A program made the translations under genes and the position numbers. The notes beneath the pieces are model-generated. The model ran no database searches. It worked only from the letters and a program-made list of their open reading frames with translations, and had not been told where the DNA came from. Below are positions 34,073 through 47,398 of a DNA stretch of 64,000 nucleotides, piece by piece; the stretch's first letter is position 1, and every line of letters begins with the position of its first letter. The stretch is from Macrostomum lignano (lineage: Eukaryota), in assembly GCA_002269645.1 (NCBI GenBank), contig NIVC01003347.1, forward strand, positions 1 through 64,000. Direction: 5' to 3'.

Positions 34073-37000
34073 ATGCGACCCATGGGCGCACCCGGCCAGT
34101 CGGCCCAGCTTCCTGCTGGACTGCAACTTGGTGGCCAGCCACCGCCCGGAGGAGTATCTGGCGATCCAGACAAGCGAAAGCTGATACAACAACAGCTTGT
34201 GCTTCTTCTTCATGCGCACAAATGCAAGCAGAATTGTACCCTTGCTCACTGTGAAACAATGCGAAATGTTCTGCATCATATGCAGCAATGCACTGAAGGA
34301 AAATCCTGTCCAACACCTCACTGCGCGAGTAGTCGGCAGATCCTAAATCATTGGAAGAACTGTACCAACCCTAGCTGCCCTGTTTGCGAGCCGCTGAAGA
34401 GTCAGAATCGGACGCAGGTGCAGCCGTCACTGCCTCAGCAACAAGTAGTAGTGCCTCCTTCTGCACAGCCGCCCTTCCGACCTCAGCAGCCAGCTCAAGC
34501 TATTCCGCAGCCTGCATCAATGCAAGTGCATCCGATTCGCCCGCCAGGCCAGCCAATGCCACTAACGAACCAAGGCCTAGTGCAGCCGAATTCAGTTCCT
34601 GCCCCTGGCTATGGTGCCATTGTGCACTGGCAGCAGCCCACAACACAACAGCCACAGGTTATTCGGATGGCTGCGCCAATACCTCCAGGTCGGACTATCA
34701 ACATGACGCCTACTGTTCCACAAATTCCAAATCATATTCAACAAGTCGTTCAGCCTGCGCCTGTTCCAAAGCAGTCTCCGCAACAGCCACAGGTGCAGGC
34801 ACGTACGCAGCCTTTGCAACCTCCTTCCCAAGCAGTGGTCACTACTAGCAGCAGTACAAGTGCTGGAGGCGGTTGGCAGGTGGAAGTCACAAACGATATG
34901 CGCCATCATCTTGTGCGTCGTATTGTGCAAACAATCTTTCCATCTCCAGACCCTGAGGCCTACAAGGACCCGCGCATGACTAACCTAATTGAGTATGCTA
35001 GAAAGGTCGAGCGGGAAATGTACAGCTCAGCAAGAAACAAAGAAGAGTACTTTCATCTTTTAGCTGAAAAGTGCTTTAAGATTCACAAGGAACTGGAAGA
35101 AAAAAGGCGATCCCGCAGCACTGGCCAGACTGGAGGAAATGCACAGCGCACAACTGGCACTGGCGCAAATTCAGTGCAGCCGTCTACATCTCAGACAGGC
35201 ACTCCGGCAACTGTTTCAAATCAAGTACCAGTGTCAGCTACGTCTATCAGCGACGGAATGCTTACAATGCCACGCACTACGAGTGCTACTACTGTGCCAA
35301 CTGATTGTGTTGGAGTTGGTGATGACAACACGCTTTCAGCTGTTGACGTGGCGGAGCGAAACTTTATTCAAGCTATTAAAAAGTTTGAAAATAGCTCCTC
35401 CAGTAGCGTTGACGTTACCATGAGAGAAGAACAGCCAAAGGGTGCTGAAGTTGTCAAATCAGAAGTAAAGTCAGAGCTCGATGAATCATCAGTTTCGGAC
35501 GGTCGTAGTAATGAGACAGTTTCACTTACTACTCCAGTGAAGGTAGAGGTGAAGCAGGAAGATATCAAGCAAGACCCATCAGAAGCATCGACTTCTCAGC
35601 GCATTCAACCTAAGGTGCCTCGAGATCCAAAACGATGGAGCCGAGAAGAACTGATGAGGGCGTTTCATCCAGTATATGAAAAATTGTACAGTAGCGAGCC
35701 AGACTCGTTTCCTTTCCAGAGGCCAGTGGATCCGATTCAGCTTGGCATACCGGATTATCCTTCGATCGTGAAGAATCCAATGGATTTGTCTACCATCAGC
35801 AAGAAGCTTCAAGATGGCAGCTACAAGGATCCATGGGAAGTTGTTGGAGACTTCTGGCTTATGTTTAACAATGCCTGGCTCTATAATAAGAAGTCATCAA
35901 AAGTGTATCGATATTGCTCAACGCTTAACAGCATCTTCGTGGAAGAGGCAGATAAAGTTATGAAAGACCTTGGGTTCTGCTGCGCCACTGAGTACGTTTT
36001 TGAGCCTAAAGTGCTCTACTGTTTCTCGCCGAACAGCTGCACTATCCAGAAGGATCAAACCTACTATACTTTCTTGAAGAAAGACCGCGCTGCATACCCT
36101 GGTCTCAGTTGTGATAAATATCACTTTTGTGAGTCTTGCTTTGTCAAGTCTGTTGAGTTTGTTGAAATCTACGAAGACATTTCAAGCCAACAACCTGTGA
36201 AAGTGCCGAAGTCTGAGTTTGAGCAGAAGAAGAACAACGTAAAAGATATGGAGAAGTTTTGTCAGTGTAGAGAGTGTGGCCGTAAGTGGCACTGTATCTG
36301 CGCACTACACATAGACGAAATCTACCCAAGTGGCTTCGTGTGCCCGACCTGTATTTCTTCAAAGAAGATCGTAAAACGCGAGAATCGTTTCACTGCAAAG
36401 AAGCTCAGTCCTTGCATCCTTAGTGAGTTCCTAGAGAAAAGAGTCAACGATTTCCTAAAGAAAAAGGAAACGAATGCTGGAGCTGTGCACATCCGCGTCT
36501 TGTCGAATGTTGACAAGCAATGCGAGGTCAAGCCTCTAATGCGATCAAGATTTACGGACGCTGGATCGTTTCCTGAGTCGTTTACATTCCGCTCCAAGGC
36601 GATCTTCGCCTTCCAGGACCAGGATGGTGTTGACGTTTGCTTTTTTGGACTCCATGTGCAAGAATATGGATCTAACTGTCCTCAGCCAAACTGCCGACGT
36701 GTGTACGTTGCTTACTTAGATTCGGTTCACTACTTTCAACCTCGAAAGTACCGCACCGATGTGTACCACGAGATTCTGATTGGCTACTTAGATTATGTAA
36801 AGAAGCTTGGCTATGCGTTTGCGCACATCTGGTCGTGCCCGCCTTCCGAAGGTGATGATTACATTTTTCATTGTCACCCTGCTGACCAGAAGATTCCGAA
36901 GCCAAAGCGTCTAACCGACTGGTACAGACGAATGTTGGACAAGGCTTTGATTGAGAGGATTGTAGTTGACTACAAGGATATCCTGGCATATGCACTAGAG

Positions 37001-39928
37001 AACTCTATCGTGTCGCCGACCGATCTGCCTTACTTTGAGGGAGATTTTTGGCCTGGCTCACTTGAGGAACTTATCAAAGAACTTGACGAACAGAAGAAGA
37101 AAATGGAGGAAGAGCAGCAGCAAATGGACAACGACGATGACGATGTAGAAGAGGGAGGTGAAGGAAGCAAATCGTCTAAAAAGAATCCGAAATCTTCTAA
37201 AAACAACAACAAACGCAAGGCAAAGAGCAAGATAACGTCTACATCGAAGCGCAAGAAGTCCAGTTACTTGGCCACTTCGGGCACCTCGCCAGATCATGAC
37301 GACCTCATATCGAAGCTGTATGAAGGTAAGTTTTTGGGAATAAATCGTGGGGTTTTTGCAAATCCAGTTGCCAGCTGAGTTTGAAAAATATGACACTCTA
37401 GTCTAAATTAGAGTGACTGTTGTCCCATTATTACCACGCAGGTCTTGAGCGCCATCGCGATGTGTTCTTCGCCATCCGCCTGCACGGTCCTCAATCTGTT
37501 GCTAATCTTGGCCCCATCGATGACCCGGACACCGAGGTTCATTTAGATCTCCAGGACGGTCGCGATAACTTCCTGTCAATGGCACGGGACCGGCACCTGG
37601 AGTTCTCTAGCCTTCGCCGCACCAAGTACTCCACTATGGTTATGCTGTACGAGTTGCACTCCGAGGCCCGCAAGGAGTCATTCTGCTTCAACTGCAACAA
37701 ATGCCAGGCTCAGATTGAGACTCGCTATCACTGCACCGAGTGCGACGACTTCGACCTGTGCCAGAAGTGCTACCAGGAGAACAATGACCATCCGCATGAG
37801 CTGGTGAAGAAGACTGGCCTCCTGGTTGAAGCCGACGGTGCCGGCGCGGTGGACGCCAACTCGCCAGAGCCACGCCGCGTCTCCATCGAACGGTGCATCA
37901 AGTCTCTCGTGCACGCTTGCACCTGCCGGGACGCCAATTGCTGCCAGCAGACGTGCATGAAGATGAAGCGTGTTCTTTACCATACAAAAGTATGCCAAAA
38001 GAAGACTTCCAATTCGTGCTCTCTTTGCAAGCAGCTGATTGCTCTTTGCTGCTACCATGCCAAGTTCTGTTCTGAGGTAAGCAACCAATGCAATAGTTTT
38101 TGTTTCACTGGTTCGATTCCATGCGGGGTCACATTAGCTTGGGGCACGTGCACTGAAATTTGCCTGTGGCTTTTAGTGCCATTCAACCTCCCAAGCACTG
38201 TACATGCCTGAGAATGAGAAAGTCGGGACCACAATTAACTCTGACTCCTATTGTGAAACTATTATACAGTTCAATGCTAATCGCGAATTCCACAGGTCAA
38301 GTGTGCAGTACCATTCTGTCAGAACATCAAGCAGCGCTTGAAGCAACAGCAGCTGCAGCAGCGTCTGCATCAGGCGCAGATGCTGAGGCGCCGAATGAAC
38401 ATCACAAGAAAAGGCCAAGGTCCGCCACCTTCGACAGCGCCAACCGCTTCATCGCTTGTTTTGCAGCCTCAAACCAGCGTGCCCGCAGTCAGCCAGCCAG
38501 CGCCTCAAATTCCTCTGCAGATTATGCCAACTCACCTGCAGCAATCGCAGCAGCCGCCAACCAGTGTGTACGCCACGCAGCCCGTTATCCGGCAGCAGCT
38601 TCCTGCTCAGTCCTACGCCACAGGTAACTGACTCTTTGCTTCACTGTGTGTTATTAGTTCAGCATTCAGTCTGGGTGTTAAATTTGCACTTACTAGCATT
38701 GGCTATTTTCCATTTCTAACAGTGCCTGCTGGCCAGCCGGCCCAGCAGATGTGGGCAAGCGTGCCCGGGCAGCGAATGCCAATGCAGCAGCCGCAGGGCC
38801 AGCCTCAGGGCCAGCCGCAGCAACAGCAGCTAACTGGAGCAGCGAGAATGCCAGGCCAGGCACCGAGTCCGGCTAATTATCCCAGGCCTGCGCTGAGTGC
38901 GCAGGACCAGGCAAAGCTTGATAATGTCTGGAGCCAGGTAAGCTTTTGTGTTTTAGAATGGAGAGTGCTCAACTTGAAATGTGAGCATTTTTTCGAAACT
39001 CGTGGCGCCTAATATTATCCTTGTTGAGTGCAAGTTGTCTGGTGTCTTGCTGTAGAAACAATAAAAAAACAAAAACCTGAAGCCACCATGCCCAAGACAA
39101 TTGAATTTATCGGCATTCAATTTAGGGGTAGGGTGAGTTAAGTGCAGATAAGCGGGTGATGGAGCCACGACTGAGGAAAGAGGTGGAAGTCAAGAGCCAA
39201 TCAACAGTCCGCACGAGGGAGAGATAAGAAGAACCAGATAGAGCTAGACACAGAAAGGGCTAACAGAGATTAAAGCAATTTACAACTCAGGACAACTAAG
39301 GAAGTGGCAACGCAAACAAGGAAAATGAGTTTTTTTAGAACCTTCTAAACTATCTGCAAGTCGTTTTCTGAAATTTGTAAAACTAATTTGCTTTGTAGTC
39401 ATTTAAAAAGTTTTAATTTATGCTATATTGGGGTATGTAGAGCTGTGTGATCAACTGGTCCGCTCGCTTCCAACGTATCGTTATTGAATTCCAAGCAAAT
39501 TGACGACTCACAATTGGCTCATTCTGTCTGCACTTTAACAGGTGATGCAGAAGATCAACAATCCCAACTGCAGCCAACAGGAGCGTGACAGTGCTAAGCA
39601 GTACGCTGAGATGATGCGCCGAGATCCTCACTTTTTCTTGCAGCGACTACACACCAGCGAACAGAGGCGATTGCAACAGCAGCAACAGCAGCAGCAGCAA
39701 GTGGTCCAGGCTCAGCAGCCTCAGCCTCAAGTTCGTTTCCAGCAGCAACAGCAGCAGCCGCTGCAGCAGCAGCAAACCTATTATCCGCAAATGGCACGGA
39801 TGCCTGGCATTGCGCAGAGGCCACCTGGCGAGCAGCTTCTAATGGGACAGTCGCCTTCAGTCCAGGATCCGCAGCAGCAGATTCACGTGCAGGCTGAACG
39901 GTTGGGACAGTTTGCTGATAAACTCTGA
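34073..39928 (+). CDS. CREBBP: CBP/p300 histone acetyltransferase (KAT3), about 1605 aa from ATG 34073; upstream coding exons possible
   Basis: Exons 34071-37325, 37442-38076, 38296-38623, 38723-38937, 39542-39928, all phase-compatible. TAZ1 ([18 protein letters not shown]), KIX ([14 protein letters not shown]), bromodomain (NAWLYNKK), RING/PHD, HAT ([22 protein letters not shown]), Lys-rich loop, ZZ, TAZ2, Gln-rich tail. Confidence 0.97.
38110..38230 (+). mobile_element. SINE family B partial copy in CBP intron
   Basis: B box GGTTCGATTCC (38110-38120) then GTGCCATTCAAC..CCCAAGCACTGTACATGCCTGAGAATGAGAAAGTCGGGACC, matching the body at 759-860. Confidence 0.55.
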
Positions 39929-40251
39929 TTCAGTTTGCTCTGATGTTGTACATACACGCGCCTGAGCTATCCAAGTGATGCGGACTGGTATTCTTATTTG
40001 CGATTTTAGCTTGTGCTCCTCCCTGTTGTCCCCTTTGTCGCCTCTTTGCACCTTATCGTTCGCCCCACTAAAGCTTCAATTGTATCTAACAGGTAGGTTG
40101 ATTAGCTCGATTCTTGTTTTTTTATTGAATAACGTGTTTACTTGCTCTATTATATTGCTGATTTATGCTTTGCGGCTTTTCTCTGCTGTTTCAAGTGCTT
40201 GCTTTAGTTTGCTCCTGCGCTGGATGACCCTGTCTCTGTGTCGGAGCTCCT

Positions 40252-40386
40252 GATTCCCCAAGCGTGATGCGCATGGGGCACTGTATTGAGCTGGGATTAC
40301 CTGTTCCCCGATTCCCCAAGCCTGATGCGCATGGGGCACTGTATTGAGCTGGGATTACCTGTTCCCCGATTCCCCAAGCCTGATGC
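40252..40386. repeat. 58-bp tandem duplication, about 2.3 copies
   Basis: Units start at 40252, 40310, 40368. Confidence 0.9.
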
Positions 40387-43074
40387 ATCAGGAATCCACG
40401 AATAGGGTTGGCATTAGCTGACCCAGATGAAATATTGAGATTTTTGGCTATGAAATTACATAAATGTAAATTGATGAAATAGCATAGTGGAGACAGTTGC
40501 TAGCCTTTGGACATCCAGTTAAGTTAATTTTATCTGATGCTGTGTACACGCGACTGGCGCATTGACAGCTAGTGTCTCCCCACTAGCTACCTTTGTTTGT
40601 GCGCTTCAACTCTCTACAGTAGCAAATCTGTTTCTGTCTGTGTGATTTTTCTATTTCTTTTGTTACTCTTAATTAACACTGCCGATTGGCTTGGATTGAG
40701 CTGCAGGATCGGAATGCCCGGGCGCAACGTGTTTGTGTCAATCAGATTCGTGTTAATCTGTTAGCTATGAGGAACTCCTTCCTGTGCGCGCAGGCCTTTC
40801 CGATTCGGCTCCACTTCCTCCTTCTATCCGCAGTTTCTCCTCATTCTGCCCTACTCTGCGAAATTTGTAATTTAACTCTTTAAAGATTGAAAGTAGCTGT
40901 ACGAAACAGATATTAAACAAATATTGGCACTCTTGTGAATTTTTTTAGTTACTGTTTTCATGCCTGCTATTCATTATACAAGTCCGGAGTGCATGCCCCG
41001 CGTGTGCATGAGCGCACAGCTATATCTTGATCCTTATATTTTCACATGTGCTTTGTTTGCTTCAATTTTTATGCGTGTGTAACTTAGTACGAGTTTTTAT
41101 TGGAAATAGTAATTATATTAATATGTTAAGCGCACGCACTGCAAACCAAAACTTGCACTCTTGTTGTCCAATATCCGAGATACCGGGACCTGAACTCCCC
41201 GGCTCTTTTGTTGTTTGCAAATTTTGCCACGCGTCGATCAATTTATCAGTTTAGCTCGCGCTAATCCGATAAGCAAATAAATGTATTCAAGTTTTTAATA
41301 CGCGTAGCAATACTGCACTAAAATTTCTACTGTGGCAGCGTGGCGGCTTGCTTTTTTCATTTTTTTTAAAAACAGATTCGTGTTGTGTTCTGCTGCTTCT
41401 TGCTGATTGCGGTCTTGGGGGAGCGCTGATGCGAGGGAATTCAGCAAGTTTTTGGCTGCCATGTTTGCATTGCATAGCCCGACCGATGGAAGACCTTATA
41501 AATTACTATAACTAATATATTTGGATTCAAGTAAAGCTCTGTTTTACTGGCATTGTGCTATCTTAAAAGCCTTTAATCTTGTCTTTGAATGTTTTTCTCG
41601 AACAAATTTGGTTTGGTTTACTTACTATATAAGATCAGGTTATATAGTACTATATAGTAAGGAAGCTAGGTTTGATTTTTGGCTATTCTCAGAGCGTTGG
41701 ACTGAAACAGGTCAACTTGTTAATAACTTAACCTAACAACATTATATACTCTTCAAAATTATTTAGAGCATGCCGCGGGTAACTCATTTCATTCAAGCAC
41801 TACTAAAAGTAGCCATGTCAGTTCTGTGGGGATTAATACTTTTTAGCCTTAATTTATATTCGTGTAATAGTATGAATTTTAGCTCAAATCCCAAAACTGT
41901 AGCTCATAAATTATCATTTGTGATTGCCTTGGCGATGAAACTGCTGTTATTAAGATTTAGCATACCCTAATAAAAAGTGCTCCAATTAGTGCTTATTTCA
42001 CACCAGAAATCAAAACCTGCGAGACTTCAATTCAGCAGCTGGGCGTCTTTGCAAGTTATTTGATTAACTAAGCTCGGTGTAACTACCCCCCCCCCCCACC
42101 AAGCCTTGCAGAGAATTCGATTACTCCCAAAGCCAACACGGAAGCTTTTGATTTGAATGGGGCAAATCTGTTTATGGAGTTGTCCAAGACACAGGATATT
42201 GTGTGTGTGCCCTGGTGTCCGAGGCTGCAGTTTGAGATCAGGCTGAGGGGCTCCTGTGCAAACAGGCATCTCAGCTCGCACACAGGTTGGCAAACAGTGC
42301 GCTCTATAGAGAGCCCTGATGTAGGCAGCTGGAACGATCTGAGACGCAGAAATTGAGCTTGAGAGAGCTCTCATGACCATTAGCTCAGCTCATAAGAGAC
42401 GCTCTTTGGCTCAATAGCAATATTATTGAGCTTCTTGGCACCGTGCCTCGGCAATCTATCTCTCTTCGTAAATCAAAATGACATCCCGCATGTCAGACTG
42501 TCCTGCACACACAGCTTACTGTGCGATGGAGCTCCACTTCCAGCAGCTTTGCAGAATCCACGTGCCTCCTTGTCGCCACTAAGGATGCTTGCGAAAGCGG
42601 CCTGAAGTGGATGCTGCCGAGTCTTTGTTTGCCGGCAGTGTTGCGGAATTTTTATGAGAGCCCCCTGGAAGTTGGCGAAAAGTTAGTCGGGTCCGATGTT
42701 TGGCATGTGCGAGACGCTGAGAGCACTGGAAATAAGAATGGGAGATTCGGCAGAGTTCTCGGCTTGACCGCGTCCACACGAGAGGGGCAGCGTGATTTGA
42801 TTGAATGGGGACACCTGTCCCGTAGTGATTTCTCTTTGACAGTCAAATGGGCGCCCCTTGGATATGTCAAATAAATGGACCTGATTAATACAAATACTGC
42901 TCGTACCCCATTTGCTGTTTACTGGGGGCCAAATTTGCTGCCATCTATTGCAGTGAAGGTGAAGAATATCTATCTTGTCTAGGCGCCTTCTGACACAGGT
43001 GCGCCTTACTGGGTGGGCGCGCCTTACTTACGCGGGTGCGTCTTCCAACAAGGACACCTTGTTGGGCGGGATGT

Positions 43075-43207
43075 CGAGTATCAGGGTACAGGGGTGCTTA
43101 ACATCAGAGTCAGGGTTGTCTAACATCAGACTCAGTTGTCTAACATCAGGGTACAGGGGTGCTTAACATCAGAGTCAGAGTTGTCTAACATCAGGGTACA
43201 GGGGTGT
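43075..43207. repeat. About 20-23 bp tandem repeat with two alternating variants (TAACATCAGGGTACAGGGGTGCT / TAACATCAGAGTCAGGGTTGTC)
   Basis: About 6 units read directly. Confidence 0.8.
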
Positions 43208-43980
43208 TCCGCAAATTCTAAACAAAACTCCGACCACGTTAGTCTCTAAACGCCACTCAGCCTCTGAAGTCCATGCACCGCCAGGTCGCGTCTGGTAACT
43301 GGTTCTCAGTTTTCAGTCTGCCAATGGCCAGAGTGCCTACCGGAGAGTGCCACTTAATTTACTGTAGCAGAAAAAAGTCCTGACAAGCAATGATTTTCTT
43401 TTTCTGTCTCCGTAAAAACAAGGCGCGACAGTTCTTTTGCGAATTTTGCTTTTTGCAGCCCCTTGCTCCGCGCAACCTTCTCTCTGATCTTCTGCATTTA
43501 ACGCTGCTGCTCGTCCGGCAGATCTCTGCGCAGCTCAGCGGGTGGCTTCTTGTTTGCAGCCGCCATGACACAAGAGAATAAATTCTGCTCCTCGGTGCGG
43601 GCCCTTCTTCTTCACGGCTCCTTCTCACTCTGCGCGCTCAGAACTGCGCAAATTTGTGGGGTGATAAACCAAATCTAACATGATACAGGAAGCGCGGGTG
43701 GCACCAGCTTCAATGGAATATACAATTATAATTATTTATCTGCAAGTCAAGGCTCAGTGGCATGCCCCTCTATTTCAGCTCGTGCTTACTGCGTCGCTTG
43801 AATTTCCCTAATAATTCAGGAGTGTTAAAAAAAACAATTTGCTTAAAAGAAACCGAAGCAGTTTTTTTAATTGAAACGTGGTTGAGTTGTTTCTGAATCG
43901 TAAACTAATCGCAGGTGCTATAATTAACTGGTTATCGCAACCCCTTCGGCGAAATCGTCCCACAATCCGCCCAATTCGGC

Positions 43981-44108
43981 CCATCCCGCTGGCTCCTGAG
44001 CACACAAGCGCCAATACTGTACGCAGGCACGCACTCATGCACGCTCACAGAGGGTGTACAGCGGCCCTGGCCTTCTAATCGGCATGTACACTCTCTCTGT
44101 GCCTTGGC
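43981..44108 (-). mobile_element. SINE family B body fragment
   Basis: Aligns with 60939-61069 (identical AGGGTGTACAGCGGCCCTG) and with the reverse complement of 789-927. Confidence 0.6.
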
Positions 44109-44197
44109 GGATGGCCGATTTTCAAGCAAAAGCTTCACATTGTGACATCAACGTGGGGTCAAAGCCAGAGTGAATTCTAGCAGATCACAAATTCGAG

Positions 44198-44551
44198 GGG
44201 TCCATGAGAATTGCCCGCAGCAGACGAATTGCCCGCCAAGATTTGCCCGCCAAGATTTGCCCGCGAGCGAATTGCCCGCCGAGGTAGCAATGCTTTTTTC
44301 CTGCAACGCGGCAGATTTTGTCTGCATTGAATCCCCAATGCTTAGTAAGTCTTAATAAAGAGATTTACCCGATCAAACGCTTTGATAGTAACTGCATATC
44401 AAATGCATATTTTTTCTGGGGGGCATGCAGACAGAAATCAGCTGCCAAATGCACTGTAGGAAAAAAGGCATTGCAGGCAAACCTCGGCGGGAAAAACTCG
44501 GCGGGCAATTCGCTCGCAGGCAATTCGTCTGCGGGCATTTCTCGTGCTCCC
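44198..44551. mobile_element. 354-bp MITE with GGG...CCC termini, repetitive TIRs (GAATTGCCCGC) and a 9-bp TSD (Merlin- or Mutator-like)
   Basis: Left GGGTCCATGAGAATTGCCCGCAGCAGACGAATTGCCCGC; reverse complement of right end GGGAGCACGAGAAATGCCCGCAGACGAATTGCCTGC. Flanks AAATTCGAG (44189-44197) and AAATACGAG (44552-44560), 8/9 identical. Confidence 0.75.
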
Positions 44552-45355
44552 AAATACGAGTCTACAGGTTGTCACTACACTGTAAATCTTACTGTAAACT
44601 AGTCAGCAGGCCTCTGAAGCTCTGGTGATGCAAATTGGGTTCAAAGTGGAATCGAGACAAGACCGCAGTGCTGGCAGCCAATAATATTGTTCCTCTCTCC
44701 GCTGGCTGTTTTCCTATTGGCTGATGGCGTGGCAGTTTCGGTGCCCCAGCGCTTTACATTAACCGTAGGCTCCCTCGAGTCCACTTCGCGTCTCAACTGT
44801 TGCTTTTTTAACAGCGAGGCGTGGTAAGAATAAGCACTTGTTCCTCGCTATCTATAACACTGATCTTCATCTGCCATGGAGCCGCTTTGCCCACAAGCTG
44901 GGCCAGAAATCTGTGGAAACCAGGCGGAGGTCAGGGGTGAGTAACTGGGGTCACTTCGGATGGCGGGTAACAGGGGGCCAGTTGAAAGACAAGCAGGTGC
45001 GAAATCCATGGAAATATAATTGCGATGCCCTAAAAAATTACTGCCTTCAATTCAAATGAGTTCTCAGCTGACTTCACGGCCATTAGACGGACAGCGTTTG
45101 GGGATTTCTGCATGTAGATGAAGGAATGCGATCGTTTATCTGAAAAATCTATGGCCAAGAGGCCTTCGAGTTCCTGGCCATATACTTTATTCGGACGAGC
45201 GATCGCTTTTATTCCTTCATCTATGGTATTACTCTTAGGTCAGGTTAAGTCAAAACTAATCCAATGGCCGGCCATATAGCTCGTACTACTGGCTGGGTCA
45301 TTCCAACACGCATCGACGCGCACCGCCTTTTCGTCGTGCATGGTTTTCAGTTGAA

Positions 45356-46910
45356 ATGGAAGCGGCCACCCGAGCTGCAGCCAGCCAGCAGCAGCTCCAG
45401 CAGCACCAGCAGTGGATCCTGCAGCAGTACTGGCAGCTGCATCTCATTCAAACGCGCCACAGCCCGGGACTCGAGCATCTATCCCTGCCGCTCACCCAGT
45501 GGTTGAGCTTGCTCAAGTCGCCAAGGCAATGTCTCGCAGTCGCACCAGCCGCATTGAGAGGCCCCCGTTTCGACTTCAGCCGCCTGGCCCAGTCCTGCCT
45601 GGAGCCCGACGCTGGCCCCTCTCGGCTCGGCCCATCGGCCTCGGCTCAGGTGCGGCCACCGCAACCGCAGCGGCCGCAGCGGGACGCCACCCGACTGCAC
45701 CGGGTCACGAGGGGCCGCGGTCCTGGCAGGTTAGTTGGTATAATACACCCAACTGAGAGCATAGCTGGTACACTGCATGTGCTCTTGAGCAGTCAGATTT
45801 TTCTCCAACGACTTAGTATATGGCAAAACAATTTCTAAATTCTAAGAAAAAATTCTCAGTTCTAAGAAAATCGAGAGTCAGCGTCAGCTTCAACTTCAGT
45901 AGTCTATGGTACAACCCCACCGTCTCAACACTGTACAGGCTGTACACAACCCTAAGGACCCCCCTCGCAATTACAGCCACACCTGGCTACCTGCAAGCAA
46001 CGGGTCCAGCATATTTTTGAAGCATGCATTTTTTTGCGGTATTACATGTATATCCCACAATGTACCTCATTCAAATGTAGTCATAGAATCATAGATAGCG
46101 TAGATGGGCCACTCCGTTTGCTTGAAATGCAAAAAAATCTGCACAATTTGCAGCTCTACTGTTAGTAGCGATTTAAGAGCATTGCGAGCGTAATTTTAAA
46201 TGCTCTTAGAATTGTAAATATTAGCGGGAGAGCTGTGGGCACCCTGGCGCAACGCTTTCGTCGAAATTTTCCACCAACCAGCGAAAATTTGCAGAAAAGC
46301 AAAGAGTTTTGTTGTGCAACTCCATTTGCTCACCGCGCCTTTCACCCGCAGAGCCCGCAAGGAGTACGTGTGCAAGTACTGCAGGCGCCACTTCACCAAG
46401 TCCTACAACCTGCTGATTCACGAGCGAACCCACACAGATGAGCGGCCGTTTCCCTGCGAGATCTGCGGCAAAGCCTTCAGGCGGCAGGACCACCTGCGGG
46501 ACCACCGGTACATTCACTGCAAGGACAAGCCGTTCAAGTGCGACGTCTGCGGCAAGGGCTTCTGCCAGGCCAGGACTCTGCAGGTGCACAGGACGCTGCA
46601 CCGCAGTACAATGGTACGTGAGCTCAATCGCAGCCGGGACTCGTGGATGAGTTCAGATGCTTGGCGAATCATTTTCTGCAATCTGCAACGGAAAATATGC
46701 CTGTTATTTTTATTAAGTTACAATTTTACAATTTTGCAATTAGGGATTCCTTTACTTTCTACTCATAGTAGCAATGCTGGTGCGCCCAGTGTCAGGATTC
46801 CGAGCTCGAATCAGTTGATCACTTGTTGCAAACAACCCGTCATCTTGCAGTTGCAGGTGCCAGCCGTCCGGGTTTCCCAGTCTGACCGCACGCCTGACAA
46901 GCAGTGCTAG
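45356..46910 (+). CDS. osr: Odd-skipped-related C2H2 zinc-finger transcription factor (three fingers)
   Basis: Exon 45356-45729 (PRFDFSRLA motif, cf. OSR PRFDFANLA) and exon from 46352 with [63 protein letters not shown]. Probable last intron 46614-46850/46856, stop at 46910. Confidence 0.93.
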
Positions 46911-47139
46911 CGCGACACCTTCCAGATAAGCACAAGCGCTGCAACCTGACTGTCCTAAAAAACTTTGAAGTTGCTTCTGATGCAGTGAATTGCTTCTAAG
47001 TCTATTCTAAAATATAAATCAGCATTCTCCCCTGAAGATAAGGAGTGCGCTAAACTCGCAGCCCGTTATTTCAATTGCATGCTTTTGCAGTTAACTTTCA
47101 AAACTAAATCGCCTTTTACATCTATCTGTCTATTTACAA

Positions 47140-47398
<259 letters not shown>

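Noticed and set aside
38110-38135. tRNA gene at GGTTCGATTCC
   Set aside because: Only 3 bp of T-stem and no cloverleaf; it is a SINE head.
42515-42870. Possible minus-strand exon ending at GTAAGC
   Set aside because: No recognisable peptide in any frame and no partner exon.
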